The position numbers and the translations under genes were made by a program. The notes beneath the pieces were generated by a model, which made no database searches, was not told the DNA's origin, and saw only the letters and a program-made list of their open reading frames with translations. Shown here in pieces: positions 38,210 through 52,960 of a stretch of DNA of 64,000 nt. Source of the stretch: Octopus sinensis (taxonomy: Eukaryota); NCBI RefSeq assembly GCF_006345805.1, contig NC_043005.1, forward strand, positions 85,808,001 through 85,872,000, in the 5' to 3' direction. Position 1 is the first letter of the stretch. Each line of letters begins with the position of its first letter.

Positions 38210-38692
38210 TCAACAATCAAGGAACGGCCATAATAGGCCATTCACCCACTAGAAATAACAGCCAAAGCTTCAACCGCAAATAAAGATTAATTCCGTAAAC
38301 AAAGAATTCTACAAAATTTTTTTACCACCCTATATTGATTAATTATATATATATAGATATATTTTTATATGCTAAATGAAAAAATATATTGCTACAAAGA
38401 GAAAAACGGAAGAGACCCTAAGGTCGAAAGAAATGAAATATTTCTTGTGATCTGTGAACTTATAAGATTTTATTGGTGAGTTTCCCTACTTGTAAATCAA
38501 AGGATTGAAAAATATGTTTTAGGTGAAGGATTAGAAGTTATCTTGGAGTTTTTGCCGGTTGAATCCATTCAAAATCTTTTGTTTAACGTTCCATTTTCGA
38601 AATATTCAAATATGACTTTCGATCAAAGCATATAAAATGGTTCCATCCAGCATAGTATTACAAATACATCTTCAAAGCTATCACTCAGTCTC

Positions 38693-38765
<73 letters not shown>

Positions 38766-39064
38766 ATATGTACGTTAACAAATAAGACAAAAATATGATA
38801 TATATTTCTTTGTATAGATTTAACAGATACTTTAATGTCAGTCAGCCAATCTTATAGATATTGATCAAAGAGTCTTTAGCATGGTTATATATGTGACCAT
38901 TATTCTCATCTGCAAAAGAAAATCGTATCCAATACATACATACATCGTGGCACTCCGTCGGTTACAACGACGAGGTTCCAGTTGGTCCAATCAACGGAAC
39001 AGACTGTTCGTGAACTTAATATATATATATATAAATATATATAATATATATATATATATATTGA

Positions 39065-39555
39065 TATGTCTTGGTGTAAAAGATTGGCTACAGCAAAAAA
39101 TATTCTGTTCAATATCACAAATTTGCATATCAGTTGTTTGACCGTAACCAGTTGAGCATGTCCCTTACAGGCTGACGATATGTGCATCTCTGATCAGAAG
39201 CAGAAGTACTGGGGAGGCATAAAAGCCATATGTTGAGTGGAATTCTTTGGTGTTTGAATAATTCACCTCTCGAAACATGGGTGTTTCGTTCTACATCCTC
39301 AAGGAACCCTTATTCAAGGACAATTTGAGTGGGATGGATTACTTAATCTGAACTCTAACTGGGCTCCATGTGCAAGGTCATGAGCTGTTTATCTTGATAT
39401 GAGCTCACCATGTTGCACATATATGGCTGTGATGCATATACCTGATGTACCCCTAACAGACAGGTAGTCATGCTGGGTATATTGGGCTTCGTATATTTTA
39501 CCCTAGTGTCACTTTGATGGTCTCACTGCTCTCTCACTCAATAATAATAATAATC
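39065..39555 (+). mobile_element. Probable LINE 3' UTR remnant ending in (AAT)n
   Basis: GC-elevated non-coding block ending CTGCTCTCTCACTC-(AAT)n; family not assignable from the sequence alone. Confidence 0.45.
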
Positions 39556-40004
39556 TGTTTAAAAAGAGAGACTAACGTAAACATCTTAAGAAAAGTTTAT
39601 TTAAAATCATTATTTAAAACTTTCTACCGAAATTAAAGAGAACATAAATGAGAGAGTTATATTTATTATTCAATACCAATAAATAAAATATGAATACAAA
39701 TAATAATTTACTGGCAAATACAAGAATTATTTGTCTAGTTTTATTTAGTCGTCATTTATTATTAATTTAGTTCATGTATTTCTTTATAAGCATTTTGTAC
39801 ATTTACTTTAATTTATTTATTTATTTTTATATATTTCAATTTATGTTTTTGTTTTGAAAGGTTGTTTTTTTTCCCGAAATTTACAGACATTTATGACATA
39901 ATAAATACCGGTACGAGTAAATATGTTTTTCCCTTTATTATACGAATAACATTTTAAAACATATAACTTAATAATAATCATAAAAATATAAATTGTTTTA
40001 AAGT

Positions 40005-40007
40005 TGC

Positions 40008-40101
<94 letters not shown>

Positions 40102-40123
40102 CTTTAAAAGAATTTATATATAT

Positions 40124-40165
<42 letters not shown>

Positions 40166-40302
40166 GTATATACATACAACGCATATATAGACATACGTAT
40201 ATGCAAATGTCTCGGAGTGCGTGTGCATGCATGATATATATATATATATATATATACATACATATCTGTATATGTGCTCGAATGTATGTGCCTGCGTATA
40301 AT

Positions 40303-40348
<46 letters not shown>

Positions 40349-40350
40349 GA
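40005..40350. repeat. (TA)n/(TG)n microsatellites
   Basis: Visible runs. Confidence 0.95.
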
Positions 40351-41026
40351 GTTGTCATTAGGTATTATAAAATATTGTGATTTAAAATTTGGAAATGTAT
40401 ATAAATTTAATAGAGATAGTGAAAAATATGTTTTCGTTTATTCATCTATTTTGTAATGTATGAAATAACGAAATTAAATTCGTAAGATTTAATAACATGA
40501 AAAAATAATAAAAAAGTAATCAAGTTAATATATAAACTGATTGGTGAAATCAGTTCGATTCCGTTGTGTTGCGATGGAATTTCATATGCTGTTTACTGCC
40601 TCTAACAGAACGTCTATATCGATCTTATTAAGAAACACATACCTTCTTACAAATTTTTTCTGGTCTTAGATACGGTGAAACAGAAATGTTTTTTTTTTTA
40701 ACTTCGGTTGGGGTATGATGACAGAAGGGTAATTTTAAAATATTTTATCAACACCGTTTGCTCTATATAAATCGTGTTTACCGGGTTAACAGCGCAAAGC
40801 ATTGGTGTGTATAAATACGAGCTTTTTAACAGTTCAAATATTATTGAGGCGTATCCGAACTCGTCAGAAAGCCATTCACTGTGCTTCTTTCATTTATAAA
40901 ATTCCTCACTATAGACAAATGGGTGTAAATGCACCAGATCAGTTCAGCTAACCTGGCTGGTGGGTGCAAGTATTTCAATGTGGTTATCTTCTCTTCAACC
41001 ACAAAAACAGGACAGGGTGCATTACG

Positions 41027-41064
<38 letters not shown>

Positions 41065-41065
<1 letters not shown>

Positions 41066-41335
41066 GCCGGATTCCAGCCCAGGCCGCAGGAAAATAGTCC
41101 ACCTGTCGCACTTCTCGGTCCATCATCACTGCTTCAAGTCTTGGATACATCGCAAGCTGGTGTCTGCAATCATGTTATCGATGTGTGATACCACTTTTCT
41201 CTTCTTTCATCAACATGAAGAGGATTCCACAAGATTAATTTGGACGCTTCCAGATCAGGGTGGCGCACGCAGTGATCAAATAGCCGCAGCCATCTTTGAC
41301 TGTGCCCTGTGAGCTGATGTGAGAGAGATTTTAGC
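41065..41335 (-). mobile_element. RTE-clade LINE 3' fragment
   Basis: Minus strand: LRLFDHCVRHPDLEASKLILWNP...(frameshift) IDNMIADTSL...VMMDRE; (TAA)n tail at ~41025-41064. Confidence 0.75.
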
Positions 41336-41614
41336 TCTTATGAATTTCTATCGTCGTTCAATGACTGGTGGCGCTAATCGGGAGCTTAACCTAAGCAAAT
41401 ATGTATGTTACCCCTGGGAATACAGCTTTGTACTTCAGAAATTTATACAGTTACCGTTCCATTATTTCTTTTAATTTAATCCTCTTCCTTTTAAATCATT
41501 TTATTTTATTTCATTATATTTCGAATATTGATCAGTTTATAATTCCTTTAATATAATCAACCAAATTCTTTTATACATCAACACTTCTCTGTTCTTCCCG
41601 GTCTTATTTTAATA

Positions 41615-41990
41615 ACCATCCATCCAATCCCCTTCACCGCCCAGTATTCATGGGAGAGTAGCGGGGGTAGAGTCCTCACCGCCCCGCTTCATATCGTCTT
41701 TTCTGAAGCAATCATCATTACACTGTCCAGCTGGATTCCCAAGACCATAGATAATATCCGACTAGCTCGTTCTTCATCTTCTCCTAGGTTTCTTGCCGGT
41801 TAGTTTCTGATTGAAAAATCCCTTTTGCGATCTTGTCTTGCGACATTCTAATCAGATGCTCGTAGTACTGGAGCTGTGACCTCTCAATATAGACAAGTAG
41901 CTACTACGCCTGGAGTGTCTCCTTATTCACTATACTATTTTCATATATGTGTCCCTTTGTCAAATCCGTCAACCTAATACTTTAATAGTC
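41615..41990 (-). mobile_element. RTE-clade LINE 3' fragment (second subfamily)
   Basis: Minus strand: YIERSQLQYYEHLIRMSQDKIAKGIF...TGKKPRRR; (TGGA)n-like tail. Confidence 0.7.
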
Positions 41991-42871
41991 AATGCTTTCC
42001 TTGGAAATTAACATTTTTTTATCTTCGGTTAGCAAGACACTTGATGTGAATTCGTGTGTTGAAACAAATTTTGTTGTCTTGAGAGAGCCATTTCACCAAT
42101 AAAAGCAGGCGCATTGGTGCAATATCACATTTTTTTAATTGCTAGTTTGTTAAATATCTAACCAATGAACTAATCGATCGTTCGTTTAATGTACTGATTA
42201 AACAATCAGTCGGTTGTTTGTTAGTCTTTAGCCGCTCTTCACGATCTTTTCAGTGATTTAGCTTCTCTCTCCCCAAGGTCTGCTCTGAGTCAGTCCGAGA
42301 ATTAGTCTCATGCCTATATGCATATATGCTTGTACGTGTGCACATTGATGTGTGTTTCCTTAACTCCCGTACATTTTCCCGTTTCTTGCACCACCCTACA
42401 CAAGCTGCTATAGTAAATTATCTTTTCGAAATATTCACTTTAACACTTCACACTTCGCTACTCCCTCACTTACATCCCTCATACCCAACTTCCCCATTAA
42501 TCTGCGAGCCATCGAATATAATTATAACTAAAATATCTGTAAAAATCTCTTTACCCACAAACATATCCATAACAAATTTAATGTGTTTACCAAAAGGAAA
42601 TCTTGCTAAGATTTACTTCTACGTATTAACAAAGATCACATTAACATATTTATTTCTACATAACTTATTTGGATTACACGCTTTTCTGTTTAGTGTTTCA
42701 GTTACGAATTTACTTATAAATAAATATTCTAAGAGGGTTACTATCAATTTAAATTCTTTTTTTCCTGAATTCAATAAAATTTAATAATTTTTAAGTTTAT
42801 AACATTCATTTATTTCTACCGTAAAAAAACAGTAAAATATTACACACACACACACACATTATGTATATATG

Positions 42872-42965
<94 letters not shown>

Positions 42966-43164
42966 TGTAAATATATATATATATACGTACATAACTATAC
43001 ATAGCTACATATATACACATGTATATGCACATTCACATATGTACACAAATATGTTTATACATAGATACATAAATGCATATATACATTCATATATACATAA
43101 TACATACACACATATATATATATACATACATACATACATACATGTGTATCTAAATATACATATG

Positions 43165-43990
43165 AAGAGGTCTTCAATAAATTTATAGCAACGATACTAA
43201 CACGCAACCTCGATTTAATTTGTAATAAATTCTTAGAAAATTATCCAAAATAAATTAAATTTCCTCTCTTCGTTTTTACTTGGAATATAACAATTTTTAA
43301 ATGATATACTCAGACCTTATAAACTTAATCATATCCATAATAATTCTAAAGTGTTTTCCAACGTTAAACTCTTCTACTATTTTTCATTTTTAAATATCCA
43401 TTAACCAACAGCATCTATACAAATTCATCTTCTTTATCTGAGACACTATTTCTTTACCCGATTAAGCATGGATTTGATTAAATTATGAACGACAGACTGA
43501 TCCATGTTTATCCTGCCGTCGCTTAATGCATCTTTCAGCTTTGTCATTGATGTAATTTTCGATAATCTTGCTTGCAAACTTTTATTAAAATGTTCTTATA
43601 TATCTTGTATTAGATTCCAGTAATTCATTTCCAAGTTTCTGATTCCATACTGTTATAGCATAAGGCACACATTTTCTTGTAAATGTTTGATTTTCTTACT
43701 AATTTCTACTTTACAACAGATGGGTAATCGATTCTTTTCAAATATATCAGAATATTTTAAGCAATTTCAATTATTTTGTATTTCGAATGAGCTCTCATCT
43801 GCCTATCTTCTAAACTATTCCTCATACAGTATCTCCAAATACCCTATTCTCCATTATAAATTGAAAATCCAGCTCCCACTCATGCATGTGCATATGTATG
43901 TGGGTCATCATCCAGTTTTATTTCAAGATTTCTTGACAATTAGGAAAGTGCCGGTTTCTAACCTAGATCCAAGACTCCTTCATTGGAATT
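43165..43990 (-). pseudogene. Decayed Tc1/mariner transposase remnant
   Basis: Minus strand: LQARLSKITSMTKLKDALSDGRINMDQSVVHNLIKSMLNRVKK resembles the Tc1 C-terminus. A TIR-like GAGGTCTTCAATAAAT lies at ~43168. Interrupted by (TATG)n at ~44020-44175. Confidence 0.45.
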
Positions 43991-44032
43991 TCAACATCAA
44001 CAACAGGGTATTTTTGAATGTATGTATGTATG

Positions 44033-44066
<34 letters not shown>

Positions 44067-44116
44067 TGTATGTATGTATGTATGTATGTGTGTGTGTATG
44101 TATGTATGTATGTATG

Positions 44117-44150
<34 letters not shown>

Positions 44151-44253
44151 TGTATGTATGTATGTATGTATGTGTGTGTGCAGATCTGTATGCTTTGTTT
44201 TATGTATGTCTTCTCATGAATATACATGTTTATCCAGAAATGTTCATATATAC

Positions 44254-45000
44254 TTAAATGATAAACTTCTGGAAAGTTTTATAGACTTTTACAATTTGTA
44301 GAGTTCGAATCAGCTTTCTTCCTTCTGGATTTGAGAAGCCTAATTTCTCAGTATTGATATTTAGGCAGTGTGTTACATATCTCAGAACTCCAATAGTTAC
44401 CGGTATAAACCTAAACTTGTATTCTGGATAGAGTAACTGTAGATTTCTCAATAATTCAGTGTAGGTATTTACTTTTTCGCGGATCTTTAGGCCTATGCGA
44501 ATATGCGCTGGGCAGCTGATTTCCACAACTGTATACAGATTCTCTTCTCTATCCCAAATCATTATATTAGGTCCATTATGTTTACATTTTATTGAGGTTT
44601 CCATTGGGATATTCCAGCAGTACTCTTTCTTAATATGAGTGGCTATGTCTTCTACCATACTATGGGCTCTGGTTTCTTGATCTTCGGGGATTTTATTATA
44701 TAGTGTTCTAACTACAACAATATGTCTCATCGGTAGATAATACCGTGATGACATTTTCGGACAACTGCTTATGATGTGGGTGATATCTTCGGTGTTAATG
44801 AGGTTTGCATCGGTTGTCATATTTGGCTGATTTTCCTGCATCTCTGTCCTATTTGTGCATAAGGTATTCGTTTGATATTTGCTGGATTGCACACGCATAC
44901 CCTTCAAAGTGAGAAGTAGAGATCCGGTTGTTAGTCCATAAGACACTGCTTTGATGAGCAATGTTACTATCGTCTCGAAGCTTCCTGCTAGCATATTTAT
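44254..45000 (-). mobile_element. RLE-type (R4/Dong-like) non-LTR 3' fragment
   Basis: EDITHIISSCPK, LPMRH, KHNGPNIMIWD, VVEISCP and FIPVTIGVL motifs. Confidence 0.8.
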
Positions 45001-45139
45001 GCATGGTCTTGATCATACACGCTCATCCTTTCATCTGATGATATGGTGCGGTAGAATCGTGAAACTTCTTTGGGCATGTATTGAAGGTTATCAGACAAGG
45101 ATACCAGATGAACTCACGATGCAGTAGTCAAAACGATTA

Positions 45140-45562
45140 GCATGTTGCAATGGTCAAAAAGAAGTGCAGCTCCGTACAAGTCGCTACATAGGGGCACTAA
45201 ACAACTGGATGGAACATATACCAATCTGCTGAGAAAGATGCAGAACATCAGTTGGAGATCACAACCAACACTTAGTAACATCTACGGAAATCTGATACAA
45301 ATATCCCTCAAGCTAAAGCGGAAACGGCTAGAATTTGCTGGCAACTATCATCGAGCAGAGGAAGAGGTTATCCCATCCCTGCTCCTATGGCATCCCTCTG
45401 GAAGTGTTTTCTCCAGGAAACTGGCATTTCCAGAACCTACATTTCGGGACACAGGTCTGGATATTAGAGGTCTGAACACAGCAATGCAGGACCGTGTAGT
45501 GTGGAAAGGGATTGTCAATGGAGTTCCGACGAACCATAGATTGACCAAAGAATGATGATGAT
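45140..45562 (+). mobile_element. RTE-clade LINE 3' fragment
   Basis: QLDGTYTNLLRK..NISWR..P..SNIYGNL...RLEFAG..HRA.EE.I.SLLLW.P..DTGL...AMQDR..W; (TGA)n tail. Confidence 0.85.
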
Positions 45563-45949
45563 GTTGTAATAATGAAGCCAGACCTAGCAATAATTTGAAA
45601 TCATTTAGTACGTACGTTTCCGCTTTGTGCAATACACAATAAGAAATGCATCCATTTCGTAAGACCTTGTAGTGGAATTTCTTCTTATACTTTACACAGA
45701 CCGGAAACGTAGACATTAGGTTATTCAGAAATATCTTCATATTCAGTTTAATTTTATTATTACAACTAATACACCTCGATGCCGGTATAAACGAGCCAGT
45801 CTTGACTCTACTTATGCGTATAGTTTTAAAATAATTTTCAGTATGTTATATTCACTAGATTCGAAAAATTTGATACCGTACATCGCTTCTTAGCTTAATG
45901 CTAATATATATATATATATATATATATTCATATGGGATCGCCGCCCACC

Positions 45950-46081
45950 CTCACCGGGTTCTCGTGGAGCTTTAGTTGTTTTCGCTCAGTAAACACTCAC
46001 AGCGTCCGGTCTGCGAATCGAAACCGCGATATCCTGCGACCGCGAATCCGTTGCCCTAAGCACTAGGCCATTGCGCCTCCA
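45950..46081 (-). mobile_element. SINE family C head
   Basis: Minus strand GGAGGCGCAATGGCCTAGTGCTTAGGGC...GGTTTCGATTCGC; adjacent (TA)n at 46084-46234. Confidence 0.88.
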
Positions 46082-46236
<155 letters not shown>

Positions 46237-46699
46237 TAATTCTTAATTCTTGCCAAAACTGCGAGAAGAAATCAACAGAAGATTAATTTTGATCCCATAC
46301 TGCCTGTAATAACCTGTGAAAAAAGACATAGTTTCTCGTGAGTACAGTATAAAATTTTCCTGAGATTTTATTCAATATATACGTACATACACATGCATCC
46401 TGCGTTTTTATTAAATTCATAGACCACTCAGAATTTACGCACAGACTTCTCGCTTCACACTCATATGTCTCTGTTGAAAAACTGTCCCTTTAAAACTATA
46501 CGAATCAAACTATTACAGACTTTCGCAAAACTCATCACCCTCCACTTTCGAACTATAAATTTCCTCTTCAAAGCGAAAATTTCTGCATTATCATATACAT
46601 ATCATATACATATTATATTTTATCTTCAAGCATCTGTAAATATTTATATCAAATACAAATACAATCTACGCTAATTCTTCACTACTGTGACATACGTTT

Positions 46700-49090
46700 A
46701 TTCACAAGTAAACACTAACGCAAGGAGTAAATCAATGATAAACAAATATATTTAAAAAACAACAAAAAATGGTCTGTGAACGAAATAGACCTGATAAATT
46801 CATGGTACTGTCTTGCCCAAACGAAGAACAGACACCTCATGCCGCGACCTAATAATAGCCAGACGCACAATTCAACTTTTCAGAAATTGCTCTGAAAAGC
46901 AAACTTAAACAAATTGAAATGACATTTAGTTTAATTATAGACATTTTGTAAAACTCCAACGTGTTTTCTCTTCAAATACTGGTCAACACCACCACCACCA
47001 ACAACAACCATCACAACCACGACAACAACAACAACCACGGCAACAACAACAACTGCCTCGGCTACAACAAGAGCCACCACAGCAACAACAACAACCATCA
47101 CAGCAACAACAACGAACACCTCAGCAAAAACAACAACAATCACCACAGTAACAACAACAAGAACAAGAACCACAGCAGGAACAACTGATCCAGCCTCAAA
47201 CTTTAAGATGCTTAATTCAACCACAATTGATGATCTACTTAATGAGACGGTCAACTTCTCAGATTCCAGCTATTCACAGCCCATTCAACCAGAGTGTGTT
47301 ACCCACTCATCAAATCTCCAACAGCAGCAACGATTACAGCAACAAGAATCACAGCAACAGCATCAACAATTACAGCAACAACAACCACCTCAAAAACAAC
47401 AACAGACACAGTTTCGACCTACTACCGTCCCAGTTTGTGATCAACCAACTAAATGCTTACTTGAAGACCCCTTAATGAATTTGCGAAACACGAACGTGCA
47501 CAAATTAAAATCTATGCCACTCACTGCATACACACGAAACCCCAAAATATGCCGCTATTTACTACGCAAGAGGTTGTGCCCTGACACTGATTGCAAATTC
47601 ACTCATTGACCAGGGACTAGACGCTCAATTCCTACTCACAACAGCCGCTACCATCAAAGCGCACAAACTAAAACAACACCACTACCACCACTGCCATCAC
47701 CCTCACCAAATACTAAATCAAATTTGAAAAAAATAATCACTCATGTTACACGGAACTCTAGAGTCTGCCGCTATTCCCAGCGTAACAGATTATGTCTACA
47801 GTATAATTGTTCATTTACACATCTCTCGGGGACAAGTCACCCAAATAAAAATATAAACGTAACCCCTAACCAATACAAAACATACAACCACAAACATTTC
47901 CAGTTCTCCAAACAGAATTCTTTTTTTAGCCATAAGCAATTCTAGCCATCATACAAGGCCACTTCCACCGCCACCACCCTATTGCACAAACTCCCATTGC
48001 TGCCATTAACAAGCAAGTCACCAAAACAGTCAAAACCAATACCCGCTATCGCCTCAACATTTTTGCTCAATGCTACAAGGTATCAGCCATTCCACCTGTG
48101 CCCAAAACTGGAAGATCCAATTAATTGAAGATTGTGTTAATGACCATCCACGCATATCCCCTTTTTCGTCCTCACTGAGACCCATCTCAATAACCTTCAC
48201 TTGGAAGCTAAGGTGAAAGTGAAGAAATTTACAGCCGTCTGTGCAGATCGTGTTTGCAGAAGAAAAGGTGGGGCTGCCATTTTGGTGCACAATTCTTTTT
48301 CGGCTGAAGCAATGGACGTATTTACCAATGGCTTCTGTGAAGCAGCTTCCGTATTTAGTAAAACCAACAATTTAATAGTAGTTGGGTTCTATAGGCCACC
48401 CCTGACTCCTTTTCTACGTTTTAAGGAATGCCTCAACAGTATTAAGTGTTTCATCCATCAGTATCATAATAACAACATATAAATTATGGGGGACTTCCAC
48501 ATTTGCAGAGTTCATTGGTCCACAAACAGTTTGAAACCAGGTTTTTCCGCCTCAAACCCCGATAAGGAAACAATCGAATATGCTTTTAAATGAGGATAAG
48601 TTTGATTTGATCCACTTTGGGAAAGAGAAAACTCTGAAATTACGACATGCTCTTTCCTCGGGCGACTCCCTAGTGTCATCCAACAATACCAGAGAGCTTG
48701 GAGTAATTGTTGATAACAATCTAAGCTGGAGTTCCCACGTAAATAGTGAGTTTGACTTGGCCCACAAAATGTGCTTCTGGATTCTGAGAACTATCCAGTC
48801 TAATTCGGTATACATAGCAACATGGCGTCAAAATTACTTTACCTCAACCGGTCGACTTCTCTTTGATACCATACGAAAATACGTCAAAACGGAAACGGAT
48901 CCCATGAAATTCAAGGGTTCATTGGACAAATACCTTCAAAAAATCTCTGACCAACCTCCTACACCCGGATATGTCTCCAACAACAATAACTCTTTGCTAG
49001 AGTGGGCTATGGTGTTCCATATATGACTAAAAGACTTCACCAGGTGGTGCTGGCCTGGGCCCATACTGGCCGAAAACTATCAAAGTTATC
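46700..49090 (+). mobile_element. Internally deleted CR1-clade LINE: ORF1-like region with poly-Q and two CCCH fingers, APE endonuclease, RT C-terminal remnants, intact 3' end
   Basis: CX8CX4CX3H motifs at 47550-47606 and 47766-47822; APE motifs VLTETHL, GGAAILV, GFYRPP and IMGDFH; LGVIVDNNLSWSSH; FKGSLDKYLQKI.DQP..PGY; tail AAAACTATC(AAAGTTATC)n. The 5' boundary is uncertain. Confidence 0.8.
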
Positions 49091-49095
49091 AAAGT

Positions 49096-49130
<35 letters not shown>

Positions 49131-49539
49131 TTATATGTATATGTGTACATATATGTTTGTGTGTGCACGCATGCGTGCGTATGTGTGTGTGTGCATGTTT
49201 GTGTGTGTTTGTGTGTATACCTGAATATATTCTCAAACTTACAGGTATATATACAAATATATACACAATAATTGCTTCATAACAAAAAATTCCAAATATT
49301 TCACAGCGCAATATATTGCAGAGTGTGTGATTAAAGCGAACATATAGGCTAGTTAGCCTATCATTGTCTTCTTTGACTCTGTAATAGACTGTACAATTGT
49401 GATTAGACGAAGCATCGTCTCTCTGAACGTCTAACCCTCGCAACACCTTTATTACTTTTATCTCTTACGCCTTTCTGTCTATTTCACTGTGTTACGCCGA
49501 CGAAGAGACACATACATAAATTTGCGCATAAATACGTGT

Positions 49540-49736
49540 ACGTACACAAAATCATTAATGTACACACACACATACATACACACACATACATATATACTTA
49601 CGAAACATTTATATATATATATATATATATATATATCCATGTCTCTCTTGCTATGTATATGTGTGTGTGTTTCAATGTACCTATATATACATACACACAC
49701 ACATATATATATATACTTACGAAAACATTTATATAT

Positions 49737-49788
<52 letters not shown>

Positions 49789-49867
49789 TATATATATATA
49801 TATATTTCATGTCTCTCTTGCCATGTATATGTGTGTGTATATATCAATGTACCTATATATGCATACA

Positions 49868-49908
<41 letters not shown>

Positions 49909-49923
49909 TTACGAAAACATTTA

Positions 49924-49966
<43 letters not shown>

Positions 49967-50030
49967 TGTCTCTCTTGCTATGTATGAGTGTGTGTGTATC
50001 AATATACCTATATATGCATACACACAAACA
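49540..50030. repeat. Minisatellite-like triplication with expanding (TA)n
   Basis: CATGTCTCTCTTGC at ~49629, 49809 and 49966; TACTTACGAAA at ~49596, 49715 and 49906. Confidence 0.8.
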
Positions 50031-50914
50031 TATAGATATACTATCTAGTTTCTTAGAACACGTAGATAATTAAAAGATTTGTCACTAGTAATCAACTTAT
50101 AGAACCATTGTTTGAAGAACAGTTTGGTAAAACTTTCCACAAAAGCCGGTTCAATTTATTATTTGAAATCCTTGAACTGTTTAAAGCTTGCGTTACTTCA
50201 ATGACGGCTGAAGAAAATTACAACTGTTCAACTTGGTAAGTGGAACGAAATTATAGTGTTTGCATGATATCAATACCATTAAGAATACAGAAAATTTGAG
50301 GGGATTGATGAAAATACCACAAAGAATACACTTTGCGACTTATTCATAAGTCTAATTTATATGAATGATATGTCTTCGCTGTTTGTAGTTATTTCTATGT
50401 TTTGTTTTCCATTCAAAATGATTTATAACAACCCGGAGGTCAAACTATTGTTATTGTGTTTGTAGGTCATAAGTTGCGCGTCTGTTGAAACAGAGACTGT
50501 TCGAAGTTGTGACTGTTTTTGTTATCTTTTAGTTTTACATTAAATATCATACTTTCATAAAAAAACATACGACGGTAGGCATTTCTATTATGACCATACA
50601 GACTTTATAAAGACAAAAATATATTATAGCGACATATTTTTTCTTTGTAGTATATGAGTGGATAGATTCACGTATATTACACAGTATTCTTTCGCTATGA
50701 AGGCGTAAGAGTATGATTCCATTTCAAATGATAGTTTTGTATATTGTTTGAGAGTACGAATGGTGATTATGAGACTCTCCGACTGTAGCGGCATTAGAGG
50801 GCGGAGTCACACTGTCCTATACACAAGCTAAAAGTTGATTGGTCGTAATACTTGTAAGGTTAACTGAATGCCTTATTTGGAAATTGCGTCACGTATTCTC
50901 TTCTTTTACATATT

Positions 50915-51510
<596 letters not shown>

Positions 51511-52485
51511 TATATGTTTACAGGAAACGAATTTTCTTCTTTGAACTGCGATTCTACCATTCGTAGGCAACTAGCGACTGCATTATGTGGAGAATAGGAA
51601 ATTTGTACACGAGGAGGCAAAGGGTTTTATCACATAGGAGAGAAGTTTAAATGATCAAAGGCAAATAACACCAGCATTATCGATTAAACCAAAGACGAAT
51701 GCTCCAATCGAAACTAAGATATATACAATCAATATATAAAACAGAGTTCAATGAGATGACTGAATTGATAATTCTCTCCCATAATGTCATTACAAACTTA
51801 GAAAATCGGAATATGGTAGCTCATTTCTATCGTATTTAGACGGAATCAAAACCTGTTGGAGTTGATAACGTGTAGCTTATGCTAATGAATTAACTTCATA
51901 TTTGATGAACTTTTAAAATATGGCAATTAATTATGATATGATGTAACACAAGACATCATGAATTTTTAGGAACAGTTAATATGGAAATTGGTTATGGTTT
52001 TTCGCTACAGAAAGCGTCAAATCAAAACATTTTATCAATATAGCACTGTTTAAATATTCAAATTTGATGACAGACACATTGCATGTAATTATTTTAATGA
52101 TGCTACAACTGTCAGAAATCAAGATTCCTATTTGATTTCATGTCAAAATTTTCCAATATTGATGTCATTAGAATTGCGATAAATTTCATTGCTTTCGTAC
52201 AGAAGGAATTTGGTGAATTAATGTGCGGACAACGATAAAAAAAATTATTGTTTAAGTGAATGCAAATATTTCTTCCACCATCGGAAAATACAATAATTGT
52301 TGTATTGCAACAGATTCCGAAGATGGTGAGATGACATGCATCGAAATTGATTATTTAGATGCAGTTATACCTGTCAAGAATGGTATATGTCTTCGTACGC
52401 AGCAGCAACATATCCAAGTCTTCTGACGCTATGAGAAACGGACCAAAAGGCCGAAGAACAATATGACAAAGGCATCATTTTGCTT

Positions 52486-52487
<2 letters not shown>

Positions 52488-52561
<74 letters not shown>

Positions 52562-52735
52562 CATATATACATACATACACATACACACATATATATATAG
52601 AGAGAGCCATACATACATATATATATATATATATATAGACATACATACATATATATATATACATATATATATACGCGTGTATATAACTATGTTTGCATGT
52701 ATACGTATTATATACATATTATGTATATATGTATG

Positions 52736-52816
<81 letters not shown>

Positions 52817-52842
52817 ATTTATGTATTTATACACACACACAA

Positions 52843-52941
<99 letters not shown>

Positions 52942-52960
52942 TATACATACATATAGATAC
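52488..52960. repeat. (TA)n-rich microsatellite complex
   Basis: Visible runs. Confidence 0.95.

Noticed and set aside
45030-45080. CTGATGA...GAAAC motif
   Set aside because: No stem II, stem III or stem I pairing; chance co-occurrence.
52371-52428. 58-nt minus-strand candidate exon (pyrimidine tract TAG | ... CAG|GTATAA)
   Set aside because: Two frames are open but neither peptide is recognisable; no supporting neighbours.
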